A stretch of DNA of 64,000 nt. Origin: Antedon mediterranea. Lineage: Eukaryota > Animalia > Echinodermata. Position numbers and translations under genes: made by a program. The stretch is from the NCBI RefSeq assembly GCF_964355755.1, contig NC_092672.1:19853237-19917236 (forward strand), in the 5' to 3' direction. Positions 1 through 13,100 of the stretch are shown in pieces; position 1 is the first letter of the stretch, and every line of letters starts with the position of its first letter. Under the pieces are notes generated by a model. It worked only from the letters and a program-made list of their open reading frames with translations, was not told the DNA's origin and ran no database searches.

Positions 1-806
1 AAATATAACGTATATGAAATTCGTGCATCGTTCCCGCTCCACATACTTCGTGGGTGGGCTGTAAAAAAGTTGGTTTCCATTACCCAAAATGCATTTCGTG
101 AGACGGAAGTATGGATTGACCTAGAGTCTCGTGTAGTGAGGTTACATGACAAAAACAAAACAATGATGGTTTCTCAAAACGTCGTAGCATTGTTTTTTAT
201 TTTAAATCTAATGAGCAGAAGTGGCAACGAATTTACACCGCACAAACAATCTAGAAATGTAGAATGGGCATTGACTAGATTTATGCAAAGAAGACGACGG
301 TGTTTGCCGATAACTTTGGCGTTATTAAGTCTACCACAAATTCTGCTTTTATTTTGTTTGAGATACTTTTGTAAATCTCGGTATCTCTTCTGTTACCATG
401 CAGTCTCCCCCCAACCTTCGCTTCTCCCCACAATTGAATTGCAAAAATAGTTATTTCTTCAGTCCACAGTGATATTTTGATCTGTTGCTTGCTTATACAC
501 GTGTGTGTCAATGCAGCAGAAAAACCAAACAAACGCGTCACGCTCTGTTAGTTTTTGACCTCGTGTCATGGGCCGGGTCACATATACGGTATATTTTGAG
601 TGCAGCAGAAACGGTTTACGAAATATACGGTATATTTTGGAATATACCGTATAATATCCACAAACGATGGGGATATTTATGCGGTATATATACCGCATAT
701 ATATACGGTATACTTTTTATGAGACCCATTTCTGCTGCCAAAAAATATACCGTATATAAAATATACCGTATATATACAGTATATTTTTGGCAGCAGAAAC
801 GGGGCC
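1..806. mobile_element. Non-autonomous PIF/Harbinger-like TIR element (left end outside window)
   Basis: Near-identical to 39135-40006; right TIR gcagcagaaacggggcc; ATACCGTAT subterminal repeats. Confidence 0.8.
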
Positions 807-1078
807 ATTGTTATACTGACTGCAATTATACTGACTACTCTTGAAACAGCCGCTTGTTCCCTTATGTACCAAAACGTAACTTACCTATTAGATTAGTTTG
901 TGTCCACCAATATGCAAATGTATATAAGTAGGAAACACTAGTATTTTTTACAATTCATGGTTGTCATCACTGAAAATGTAATATCCAGTTTTGTCCTGAA
1001 CAGAATGATATTTTGATTTGTTCCATCTATTTAACTTGCATATTGGGAGTTCAACTTTACTATACTTTGTTATAACAG

Positions 1079-1182
1079 TTTCAATTCTAAAGAACCATCC
1101 ACAGATGGCATTGTTACCACAACAGTGTTTCAATCAACTAAGAAAGATTCTGGAAAATGGAAAAAGATAAAGAATGTAAATG
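1079..1182 (+). CDS. ROCO exon: Roc switch I (FNSKEPSTDGIVTTTVFQ...KWKKIKNVN)
   Basis: Acceptor ataacag|, donor G|gtgag; open frame containing the ST.GI switch-I motif; phase 2 to phase 1. Confidence 0.85.
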
Positions 1183-4100
1183 GTGAGATAAAGCAACTTA
1201 TACATATGTTTCAACATGGCATATAAACACATTTGTCTAAATGTTGCTAGTTTTAATATTAACATTTATTTTTTTTGTGAAACTGTGTATAATAATGCTG
1301 ATGACAGACCTACTTAAATGTGACTATACACTATATTCAATTATTATGACGTTGCACAATGGTTATACCAAAAGTGTATATTAGATATTGGATATTTTTT
1401 TCATTTAGAAAGATTTTTATTCTTCTATGCCTAATGAAATGCACACATCAAACAATTGAACTACTTTTCCTTTCTACTATTTCTTTTAAACACACCTCAT
1501 ACAACCTCTATCATAATTGTTTACCTATTTCTTGCTTTCTACAGATATGGAGATATCAAAGCAAGCCCATTCAAGTGCAATAGAAAAAAAAATTGATCAG
1601 AGGTTAGAAAAAGGTAGGCACACCCTAAGCAATTAAAAAATGTTCAACATCTAACTAATGTTCCCATTGTTTTATTATTTTTATTTATTTATTTATAAAC
1701 ATAATTATTTAAAATGAATACAATTTTCATTAAATATAATGTTCTGACAAATGATTCATGTAAAGATAATAATTGAGAAATACTTTTAACAATACATATC
1801 CATTTTGTTTTGGCTTATAGAACATATGATAAAAAGTGCTTATTTAAATAATTCATTATTATATAAAGAAAAAGACATCACAATTAACATAATTATTGTT
1901 AAAATTGTTCTTTTTTTAAAAGAAGATTTGTATTCTAGTATAAATTTATTAAAAATTCTGCATTGTATTTATGTTTGAAGATTTTGTACATGGCAGCCTC
2001 CTGTAATGACATCGGGAGGTTTATTCCACACTTTGCCACCAGAAACTTGGAATTACATTTTATTTATTCTTAGGTATCTTATTGTATTGTATTTAAAGGT
2101 TTTTCCAATCAAGTTTTGTAACCCTGTCTAACAATGACCAGTTCAGTTTGATTTTCAATAGGCCTATAACACTGTATAGTAATTGTTTTTTGTTTTTTTA
2201 TTGTTTTATGTAGAAGGCAGTGTTTGAATCTGGGATAAAATCAAGAATGCTACGTATAAAAGGATGGTAGTAGGAAACAAAAACGTGAGTGACATAACTA
2301 GTATATGGGACTACGCTGGTCAACTAGAATACTATATAACGCACAGGGTATGTTTTCATTATTGTATTGTCACTTTTGGTCTGAGAGTCGCATTTAAAAA
2401 AAAATTTTTTATTGGGTTCAGATACAAATAAAAATGGAAGCTCTATAATACTAATATCTTTTTTTTCTACATGATATGTGTTCTTAACAGTTATATCTGA
2501 TTCAACCATTTTGCTAAGAACTTTTTAACAGGGTTATCATTGTGTTAGTTTCATTTTCATGTGCCATTTCCCTGTTCACACAAAACACACAAACATGTGG
2601 TTTTGTTTTTGTTGTTCCATTGATGATGTTGTTTTGGCATGTCTTAACATATTCACTCTTAAACTAGTGCCAGAGTTTGCTAGAAGGCTCCAGGGTTGAA
2701 GGGAAAAAATTACAAATTCAAAAGAAGATTGTTTAGACTTTTGGAATATTTAAAAACAAAAATGTTTAGTTTTTGATGAAAAGTTTTAAATTATTAATAA
2801 CAATTCTTCAATTTATTTAACATAATCATGACTTGGCGAAATGTGCATACGTTGCACGTGCATAAAAGTGCAATTTCAGGACACCTTTCATATTCTCAAA
2901 AATTCTGCACCCCATGGCGGGTCTATGTTTTCATAGTTCAACATTTACATCATCACTATTTTGAAACTTCTAAATATGGTAGCAGCACTATGATTTTTAG
3001 TGTAAGGGTGCAATTTGTGGACAAACTGTTTCATATTCTATTATTTTCTCACCTCAGGAAATAACTAAAAATGCGACAAATCATGCATCAGCCTCAAAAT
3101 CCCAATCAATAAATTAACACATTTTTACTTTACATTGGCTGGTCTATCATTGCATTTGAACATTGTACTTTTTTCCCCGAAGTGTAAAAATGGCAATATT
3201 TCCCAAATTTAAAGTTTATTTTACTGTTTGCATGTTCTATGTATGTTTTAGTTACTATGTCATACATATAGTAAATCATTGCCCATCAGGAGGGATGTCA
3301 TTGTACATGCTAATTAAGTAAATGTAAAGGAAGAGACAAAATAATAGAGATATTCTGTTTTCCAAGGTTAAAATATGTACAGAGAACTTATCAAATATTA
3401 TTATGAAGTGTTATGACATTTTTACTAATAAATACATTAAAAAAACTAGAGGGTACTCCGATAGTACAAACCTCCGCCTACTGTAAAATTCCCCTACATA
3501 AAATGTCTCCGGAAAATATATTTTTTTCAATATTTTTTTTATTAGCTCTAAGTATAAAAAGGCTAACTGCACACTACAAAGTTGTAGATGAGAGTTTAGT
3601 GTAATGATTATATATCCAGCCTCTCACAGTTGAGATCGCAGGTTGAAGTCCCGCTGACCCTTCAAAATTTAAACAAAATTATATGATGAGTCATTGATCA
3701 TTGTGGCTAAGTTTGGTGAGAATCAGATAAAAATAATGGTCTCTAGGCAGTAAAATAGTATTATGTTAGTTGTGACCTTGACCTATGACCTTTTCCCCTC
3801 AAATTCGAACTCGTCCGAGCTTTTGGGGTATAGATCATTGTGGCCAAATTTGGTGAGAATCGGATAAAAACTGTGGCCTCCAGGCTGTTCACAGACACAC
3901 ACACACACGCACACAAACACACAAACATACATGGGTGAAAATATAACCTCCTTGGCGGAGGTAATAAGGTGAACATGTTAAAACAATAAAAAAAAAGTCT
4001 ATTGGTAACTCTACATATTTTAATTATTTCAGTTTTTTTTGACAAGTACAGTATCGTACTGTGTTGCATTTAATGTCATGGACAAATTGGATGAGCAAGC

Positions 4101-7100
4101 TAATCCACGAGATTCGTCAAAAGTAAGTATTTTAGACAAATCAGAAATACATTATTAGCAAATTTTTAAATTGTAAATGGTGTGGTACTAAAGCCTGTTT
4201 TACTGTTGATCGTTGAGTTGCGTTGAACTGTCGGATTCAATGATTTTACAGGAAAAGGGGGTAAAAATCAACCTTGATAATCGTTAAAATCTAAAATCGT
4301 TAAAGTTGAACCGAGTTTAACTGTAACGTTAAAATCGTTAAAACTGACCAATCAAATGGCCACAAATTAGTCATTGCAGTTTGTGAAAAAAATAGGTACG
4401 TGCTGATATTTCTTGAATTTTAAAACGCAACGATGTTTTTCACGTTTTTTGTACCTTTTTAAGGTCTGATATTACAAAAAAACAAATGTAAGTCAAATTA
4501 AATTATAATATTAAAACAATTTAATTTAATGTTTGTCTTTAGTGTAAGCCTAGATTAAGATATCAGAGAAAGCATGTCCTAGGCTGGGTTGAAGCATAAA
4601 AACCTGTAACTTTTTCAATTTTCATGCGGGCCCGGCTGAGCGTGGCCGCACTTGGTTTTGTAATACTTCACGTAATTGAGAGAACCAAGGAACTATGAAC
4701 GATTGTGTAAAACTGTAACTATTGGCGGTCCGGCTCATTCATCATCATCGTTATTTTATTTTAAACTCAACGCAACTTAACGATCGACAGGAAAACAGGT
4801 TTTAAGCATGGTTCCCACTAGAATGCAACGCAGCGATGTATATTGACGCTAAAGTGCTGAAAACATCGCAGGTTTGATTTCACCCAGGCGAGGGCAAACA
4901 CAATTATTGGAAGGGCATTTTCTTACATTGGGTCGATAGTGGGAACCAAGCTTTAAAATCTGCATTTGTTTAGCAGTTTTAGCTCCAGTTTCAATTGTTG
5001 AGGCTGTACATTAAGATGCTGAGAAGGCATTAATACATCAACACAATACAAGTTGTATTTCAACACTAAATTTACTTCTCCATTGCAAGCTTTACACAAC
5101 ATCATGGATTATAAAATAAAAGCCTTGAATTGTGATGTTCATTCTAAAATTGTAACCCACTAGTTACAAAACTAGCAAAAAAGATGCCAAACCTCACACA
5201 AAGAAATTGCAAAATATAAAAAACCATTGAAATAAAAAAAAATGTAAATGTTAAAAAAAAACAGTTTTAAAAGTTTATGTCTGCATCTGCATCATCTAAT
5301 TTTTATTATTCCAATATTCTATGACTGTGACTTACCAATTCATATTTTATCATTAATCTGTCGACTGATTGACAACGTGTATGTTATGTTATGTCCCTCT
5401 CATGCACGTTGTCACTTTCTGATGCGCACCCAAGATTAATATTCTCACAGCACAAAGTCTCATATCCAAAGTCCCGTATTGCTTTCATTTTGTAGCTTAC
5501 AGATTTCAAAATAAAGGAATACTTTGTGTATAACTAAATAAATGGCCGTAAATAGTAAATAGAATTTTATTCTTGACAATTTGTTTCTTTTTTTGAAAAT
5601 AATTTGTCAGGGACCGGGAAGAGTGCGCTTTTATTATAGCCTTAAATTGTGATGTTCATTCTAACATTGTAACCCACTATACTGTAAATTTATATCCTCT
5701 TTTAACACAGCATATTAAAACAGAATCCAGCTTTCAACTTGTATGCACAAATGTGAAACATTGTCTGACATGCAAACAACACATGTGGTACATATACCAC
5801 AAAGCAACATGCATGCAAATTTATAGATTTGCAAAATACTTTTCTTGACGAAACAAAATACTGCAAGCTTGCGTCGCAACATCAATTCAAAACCACTGAT
5901 CCATTTATGTATTTTATTTATTCATTTAGCATCCATTCAACAATACATTTAAAATACATAAACAAAAAATAAAATGACATATACTACTGTCATGTTATTG
6001 AAAACAAACATGTCTGAACAACACCCCTGGATGACTTGTTTTGACACCATATTCTTTTCTGGCTGACTGACCTGGATGGTGTTTACCGGCATATTTGGGA
6101 CCCAGACAGTGGCCAGTTACTATTAATAGTTAGTAATAATAATTGTTAAAGACACTCTCATTAGGATACTGCAGAGAAAGGAGGTAGAAAATAAAATAAT
6201 AATTTCATTATTAATAGTCTGCAGTAGTATTTAATTATAACACTACACATTTGGTTTTTAATTTATACCTAATATACATTCTCATTTTAGGGTCCACTAG
6301 GAATGACTAATTTGGACATGAATTTGTTCTGGATAAGATCCATTTATGAACATACTGTGTCACAACATGGTTCAGGAAACACTATTTCAATTGACGGCAA
6401 GAACATAGAGTCACCTCCCATCTGTTTGGTTGCAACTCATGTGGACAAATTGCCTGGGACAGCATCAGAAAAAGAGGAAGAGGTAAATAGCTATAGTATA
6501 TTTATATTTGATAATTTCTTCTCTTTCTTAACTCAACTCTTTCAACATTAGCGCTCTGAGCAACTAAATGCAACTAACCTCAACTGACGTCCGCAACACA
6601 CAGAAATGTAGACATAGTTCATTTCAGTTGCCCATGTTCTATTTTTTCTGGAAGTGCAACTAAAAAGTTTGAAATGCGTCACACGTGTGGTATGGGTAGA
6701 GATCGGTTCAATGTTACCTTATAAGTGCTCACGCATACTAGTTCCTTCCTACACGTGGTAAGGTAAGTTAAGATTTTACTTTATTGTTGCTCACAAAAAG
6801 GTTGACTGTAGACAACCCATTAACATCAAAGCATTTTCAGGTCAAATGTTTTTACAATCAATCAATATATAATATGAAAATTTTAAATTGACATGAATTA
6901 CAAAGCAAAAGTGTTATAAATACATATTTAATTGAAGAATCTATATATTATTGCTACTAAATTTGTTGCATAATTTTACGTATCTCCTCCGAAACCACAA
7001 AACGGTATGTGCTCACATTTGGCACACTGATTTATTGAGGGACCGCACACGATAGACTGTCACTTTCCTGAATTTTAAGGATAAACACTAAAAACAGGCA

Positions 7101-10100
7101 CAAAATAACAGTAATTTGACGTCTCAGCGACCATGTTACATCCATGTATAAACTACACATCCTCCTCTGTTGGTATACCGCCATGGTCTACAAACACCAT
7201 GCCAGGCTACCAAATTAAAACAGTGTTTAGTCTCGGCAGCCGGTCAACTGTATAGAATGATCACGTCGTTAAAGTTTTAATTACTTAGGCACCTATCCTT
7301 TGAATAGAATTCGAGTTTGGCTCGGTGAGTAAAACGGCGTGGCCATTGATATCAATGCTTAGTACGTTCGAGTTCAAATCCGCGATAGTGTAAATAATAA
7401 GTATAAATAAAATGAATAAGTACACAAAGGAATTGCAAAATATAAAAAAAACCATTGAAATAAAAAAAAATGTAAATGTAAAAAAAAACACACACACAAA
7501 ACTAAAACGAATCCAAATGGGTGTCGTGTTTCCAAAAAATATCAAATATCAACGAAAAATAAACCCAAAATTTTAAAGTTTGTGTCCGAGCGCATCATCT
7601 AATTTTTATTATTCCAATATTCTATAACTTACCAATTGATATTTCATATTTAGTCTGTCGACTGATTGACAACATGCATGTCCCTCTCATGCACGTTGTC
7701 ACTTTCTGATGCGCACCCAAGATTAATATTCTCACAGCACAAAGTCTCATATCCAAAATCCCGTATTGCTTTCATTTTGTAGCTTACAGATTTCAAAATA
7801 AAGGAATTCTTCATGTATAAAAAAATAAATGGCCGTAAATAGTTCTGAATTATATTCTTAACAATTTGTTTATTTTTTAAAGGGCTGAGAAGAGTGCGCT
7901 TTTATTATACCTAATCATCCCATGCGAATTGTTATTAAGGCAGACAAGACTGCGTGCGAGGCTCGCACACAAAACAATTGGAAAATATCAAAACCATTGA
8001 AATTTAAAAAAATGTAAATTAATAAAAATGAACATACTGTACACAAACAAAACGATTCCAAATGGTTTGATACATTGTTGAATATGAAAACAATTTAACA
8101 TTTGTTTTTACGCAGCAATATGTTTTTCATTCGATTTATGTCCACTTTTTTATTTTCTCTGTGAATTAAATAATGAATACACCATGAAAACACCCAAAAT
8201 AATAATATTATTATTATTACATTTATTTACCCAGGGTAGCCCAAACAGTTAAAAACTGGTTTTCATCGTGAATATAGTTTGGTATTTTATACTTTCATTA
8301 GTGTTTGCGTGCATTATTTAATTCACACTGCACAACTTTTCTTTACCATCTTTTATTTTTGTAAAGTCTGAACAGTCAAAAAGTAAAGTCTAAAATTCCA
8401 TATCCAGTATTGCTTTTATTTTTTAGCTTAAAGACCCCTTCCCTGCAATTTTGGACGTTTTTTGGAAAATAATACATATATATCACTTTAAAAACATTAA
8501 ACCATGTCATTCCTTGTCTTAAATCTACGTTTTATGGTAAATTATGATAAAAAGTGAGAAACAATGCACTACCTAAGTAGCTCGCGGCGATCGACCTCTC
8601 GTGGACGGTCTTAGGCCTAGCCTGGCTAGGCTTAGATTTGTAGGCCTAGCTGGTAAACATCGGTAACGTACGAACATCGTACGCTAGCTATATACCTAGC
8701 CTGACGTTGTATAGTTGCTGCATTAATAGAGAGAAATGGCGAACCGACGTCTAAAATCCGAGTGGGTATAAAATCATAACAAACCGTTGAGGGCGGCACA
8801 TTTCCTATGTTTATACACGTGAATCATGGCGTCGTCTAACCAATGTTGTTGCTGTAACGCTCGTAATTCTTTTCTATTTGTGTATTTAGTCATCCATCAT
8901 TCACAATCATATTCCTAAAAATATCTCATATCTGTATGTCTACATTAGACTAGGCCTATAGTATTATAGTAGAATGGTGTTATCAAGTATTCATTACTGG
9001 CGGTAGCCCCCCGGCCCTCTGCAGGAAGTATAGCCACATAACAAAATGGCAGTTGTCAAGCTGAAACTAAATGCTAGGCCTACGTCTACTAGAGATGCTC
9101 TATTTAGTCTTATTACCTAGCTAGGAGATGCCTAGCAGCACCCTAGCTAAAGTAGTAGTAGTACAGTATGCAATAAAGAATTTCCAATATTATTATTATT
9201 ATTATAATAACCGATAATCCGTGCTAGGCTCGCTCGAGCAGGCCTACTCGAGGTACTACACAGCATCAGCGAAACTATCTAGCTAGGGCCTAGAGCTGGG
9301 TACAGTATATAACAAAAACGCGTCTTAATTCAATCCAAATTGAAATAAAATATGTTAAGATTTGCCCATATAACATTAAAATTGTTAAGGGTGTTGCAAA
9401 AAAAAAGATACTGCTATTATGTGTGTTTTAAACGTTCTTTTCTAACTACCTTTTTAACTCAACCCATCGGAATTTCCCATACAAAAACATGTGGCGAAAT
9501 GGTTTGTTTACAATCTATACCCACTCGGTGAAATTTGAGTGACGTCATCGCGGTTCGCCATTTCTCTCTATTGTCTTTCTATTTTTGCCAGACTCCGTTG
9601 ATACAATTGGGGAAAACCCGGTATTTTCGCTGAAAAGTTAGGAGTCTTCCATTTGTTTTGGCCTCACGATCGATCGAAAAGTGGGCGAATTACAGGTGAA
9701 AAACAAAAATATCAATCCGCGCGCAATGCATTTAGGGATTTATAGCGGGCCGCTATATTTATTAAAATCGACTTATTTTTCACATTTTTAACCGTTTAAA
9801 GACGAAAAAAGTTATCGCAATAGGACCATATAGTATTATTTTTACATTAAATATAGTTTGTGATCTTAAATTAGATCTAAAAAACGTAGGAAATGGGGCT
9901 ATTAAATATATTTCAAAAGCCCCTTTCTCACAGATGTGCCTGCAATATACCGGTACAGTGCTGGCGTCGTGCCGGTATCGTTACCGGCATATACCCATTC
10001 TCATCGGACTATCGTGCCGGAAATATAACCGGTATATACCGGCTTTCTGTGAGAAAGGAGTCGGGCATATTCGGCCAATAAAAAGTCTCTGACAAAATAA

Positions 10101-13100
10101 TTATTGAGGGCGCCCTTTATTGTTATTATTTTTGTCTAGCGATGATATGGCGGCGAATGTTAAGTTACAGATTATTATCTTCCTTTATAGCATATTTATG
10201 CAATACATGCTATGTACAGTATATTGTGCATATATTATACAGGTATAGCAATTAATTTGCCGTCATCGGCAATCTGTAAAACACCTTAGAAGGCTGTAGG
10301 CCTACAATTTACAAGGCGACGAAAGGTCAGGCACCAACAAACAAAGAGCTAATGCTGGCCTACCCTAGCGGCCTATATAGATTATGCTACAAATTTCTTC
10401 TTGTCCCCTTATTTTAAGCAGCTCTCTTATCTCATTATCCCTCCAGTTCGACATTATTATTGTTAATTGAATTGAATAGGCGCCAAAGTGATACACTTGA
10501 CTGCGCAAGGTGTCAAAGCCTCGACGGGGGGAACCCCGGAATATAACGGCAATACGTTCTCACAGAATGCCCGTCTGGCATTGCGGGGAATATCCCTAGA
10601 ATATTACTAGGTCTAAAGCAGGTCATGTCGATGCCGGCATGGTGCCGGCATGATGCCAAGACGACCCGTTCTCACAGAAAACCATACCGGCATGGTAATG
10701 GTATATTCCCGCAATATTCCTGGCACACAACTCTGTGAGAAAGGGGCTAGTGTGAAGAGATAGTGTGGAACAAAATCAATGGCTGTAAAATAGTAGAATA
10801 TTTTAATAATTTGTCAAAATACTTTAATCAGAGTGCGCTTTTATTATTAAAGGTGTGCTTCAACAATGCCTTACACCTGCTTCTAATAAACCTAGGTCAT
10901 GCAGTGCCAGCACCATGTTTGTAGAAAATCGCATCTGCTCGTTCTACGAACTACAGCGTAAGGTGGTGTATGGCATGTTGTGCAGGTTGGGCAAGCCCGT
11001 AGCCAGGGTTGTAGGGGGTTGTAGGGTTCAAACGAACCCCCCTTTTCCTGAAGTGCCCTTTCAAACCAGACTAGCCTAGGCATAGGCATAGGCCTAGGCT
11101 AGCCCATATCATGGTTTTTTTGCCTTTTCTGTAGTATAGCCAGCAGGAGAATGTTACTTTTATTACTAAATAGCAAGATCGTATCATTAAAATAGCTATT
11201 AATCCCGCCGTTTCCTGTGTATTTTCAATTTTCAAATTTAAAAATGCGTCATTTGCCGTCTCTGACTATAGTATTAGCCCCGCAGAAAAAGTTACACTGC
11301 GCATGTATTGCTTACGTAGGGGACGTTCGCCACGCGTAGTGTGTAGAGAGTGTTATGGTTATTCTTGGCCTGCTTATATAAGGAGTTCTAATTAACAACT
11401 CCATGCTTAATTACTTGATCCATTTTGCGTAGGTCTCCTCTTTGTGACCATCACTCTTTTTACACAATAATTTCCGAAAGCGACCAGTCCACCATTTTTA
11501 AGGAGCACCTGCGCAATCGCGCTCCTCAAACCAGCAATTAGCGTCGCCAAAGGGGATTCCCCTTTCCCCTGCCTGCTTTCAAGCGCCAATTATCTCGCAG
11601 TGTATCCAATCCGGTGTCACAGAAGCCGAACAAGTACCAACCAAATGGTTTCTTTTTATTAAACAAAGCAATTTGATGATTCTTTTCCTCGAAAAATGTC
11701 AACCATTTTGGTTATTAAAATCTATCTTCTAGTATTTAGCCAGCATCGCATGTGTGACAGCCCTTTGTAAACACAGCCAATTGACAATTAAATAAACTGT
11801 AAAATGATACTTTGTAACTTATTATCAATATTTTGTTGACTATATATTGCTTGTTAGATTTGTATTAGTGAAATAAAGGTAAATAACTCCGCATTTTCTG
11901 TCCGATTCTTTAGGCCTAGCTAGGCTAGGTTAGCCACTACTCTAGCTAGTTATAGGCTAAGCCTAGGTCTAAAATAGTAGGCTAGCCCAGCCAGGTCAAG
12001 TAGACCTAGTTGGCCAATGACTCCCACCCAAGTTAGACCATGGTCTTATTATTTTGTAACGTTTTGTACGATTGTTGGATGGTATCCTGCAGGCGCCAAC
12101 CCCCTTTTTGGGAAAAAAGAACCCCCCTGTAAAAACCCTGGATACGGGCTTGTTGGGGAGGACAGGCAAAATGGCCACAAAATGTATTTATGAATTTGCT
12201 CTTCCTTCATCCAATATACATGGTAGATGGATAAAGCTATTGTTGTAACCACCTGACTATGTGGCGTAGGTTTTTTTTTAATATATTTATATATATATAT
12301 ATAAATCCAAAGGCAAATTACTGAAAAAATCACAATGCTGTGGGTATCAGTTGCTGGATCTCAATGGAGATACAAAAATAAAATCGAAAAGCTAAATCAA
12401 AACGATAAAAGTAAAACAGCCAGAAAAATTAGCAGAGCTTTCATGCAACTAGTTCTTCATCCGTGCAAGTTAAGGAATTTGGATAACGTCATAGCATAAG
12501 AACTGGCAAGTGCTGCCTGGGTGGACAGGAATAAAAGTAATAGAGACAAGAGAGACAGGGTGGTGAATGGTAGGTGGAGAGTACTGAATAAGAGTAGAAA
12601 ACAAAGAAGGTAGCTTCTTGGAATGGAACTAAAAAACAGCTTAAATGGTGGTTAATGTTAACACTTAAAAAGTGGTAATCAATGGAATAATTTTACCGAT
12701 CTGGTGGGTGTATGTTCCTAATGTTAAGTCAAAAAGGTTTTATGGTTTTAAGTAGTAATTCCTAGTGGTTTTCTTTGTCTTTGCGAGTTTTTTCACTCCA
12801 TTTGACATCGTGGTCTATTGCAATAACTCTGAAATTTGCAATCGAGTGACCAGCTGAATAAAAATGTTCGGCTACAGGTTGATCAAGCTTTACTGTTTTG
12901 ATAGCTGATCTGTGTTGTGTCATTCTCATACGGAGAGTGTTTTTTGTTTGATAATGACGTTTTTGGTTAGACAATTAATTGATTGTCTTATCCGAAAAAT
13001 GCGGCCAGTTTGGTTACTCTTAAATACTCTTTTATATATATATTTATATATATTTGTTTTTTTTATTCCTTTATATCTATATATAAATTTACGTAAGGGC

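Noticed and set aside
70-844. ORFs of 126 and 119 aa recurring at about 39.3-40.1 kb
   Set aside because: They lie within a non-autonomous TIR element; frames differ between copies through indels and there are no transposase motifs.
1975-2075. Possible extra ROCO exon between 1613 and 2214
   Set aside because: Reads as a minus-strand LINE 3'-end scrap (GKVWNKPP-like), and it would not remove the downstream stop.
2225-2227. Selenocysteine recoding of the in-frame TGA
   Set aside because: No SECIS-like element was recognised and the position is not a redox motif; a nonsense mutation or error is simpler.
3590-3660. Possible tRNA gene (also 58849-58920)
   Set aside because: Acceptor and D stems pair poorly and it is embedded in a repeat; treated as a tRNA-derived fragment.
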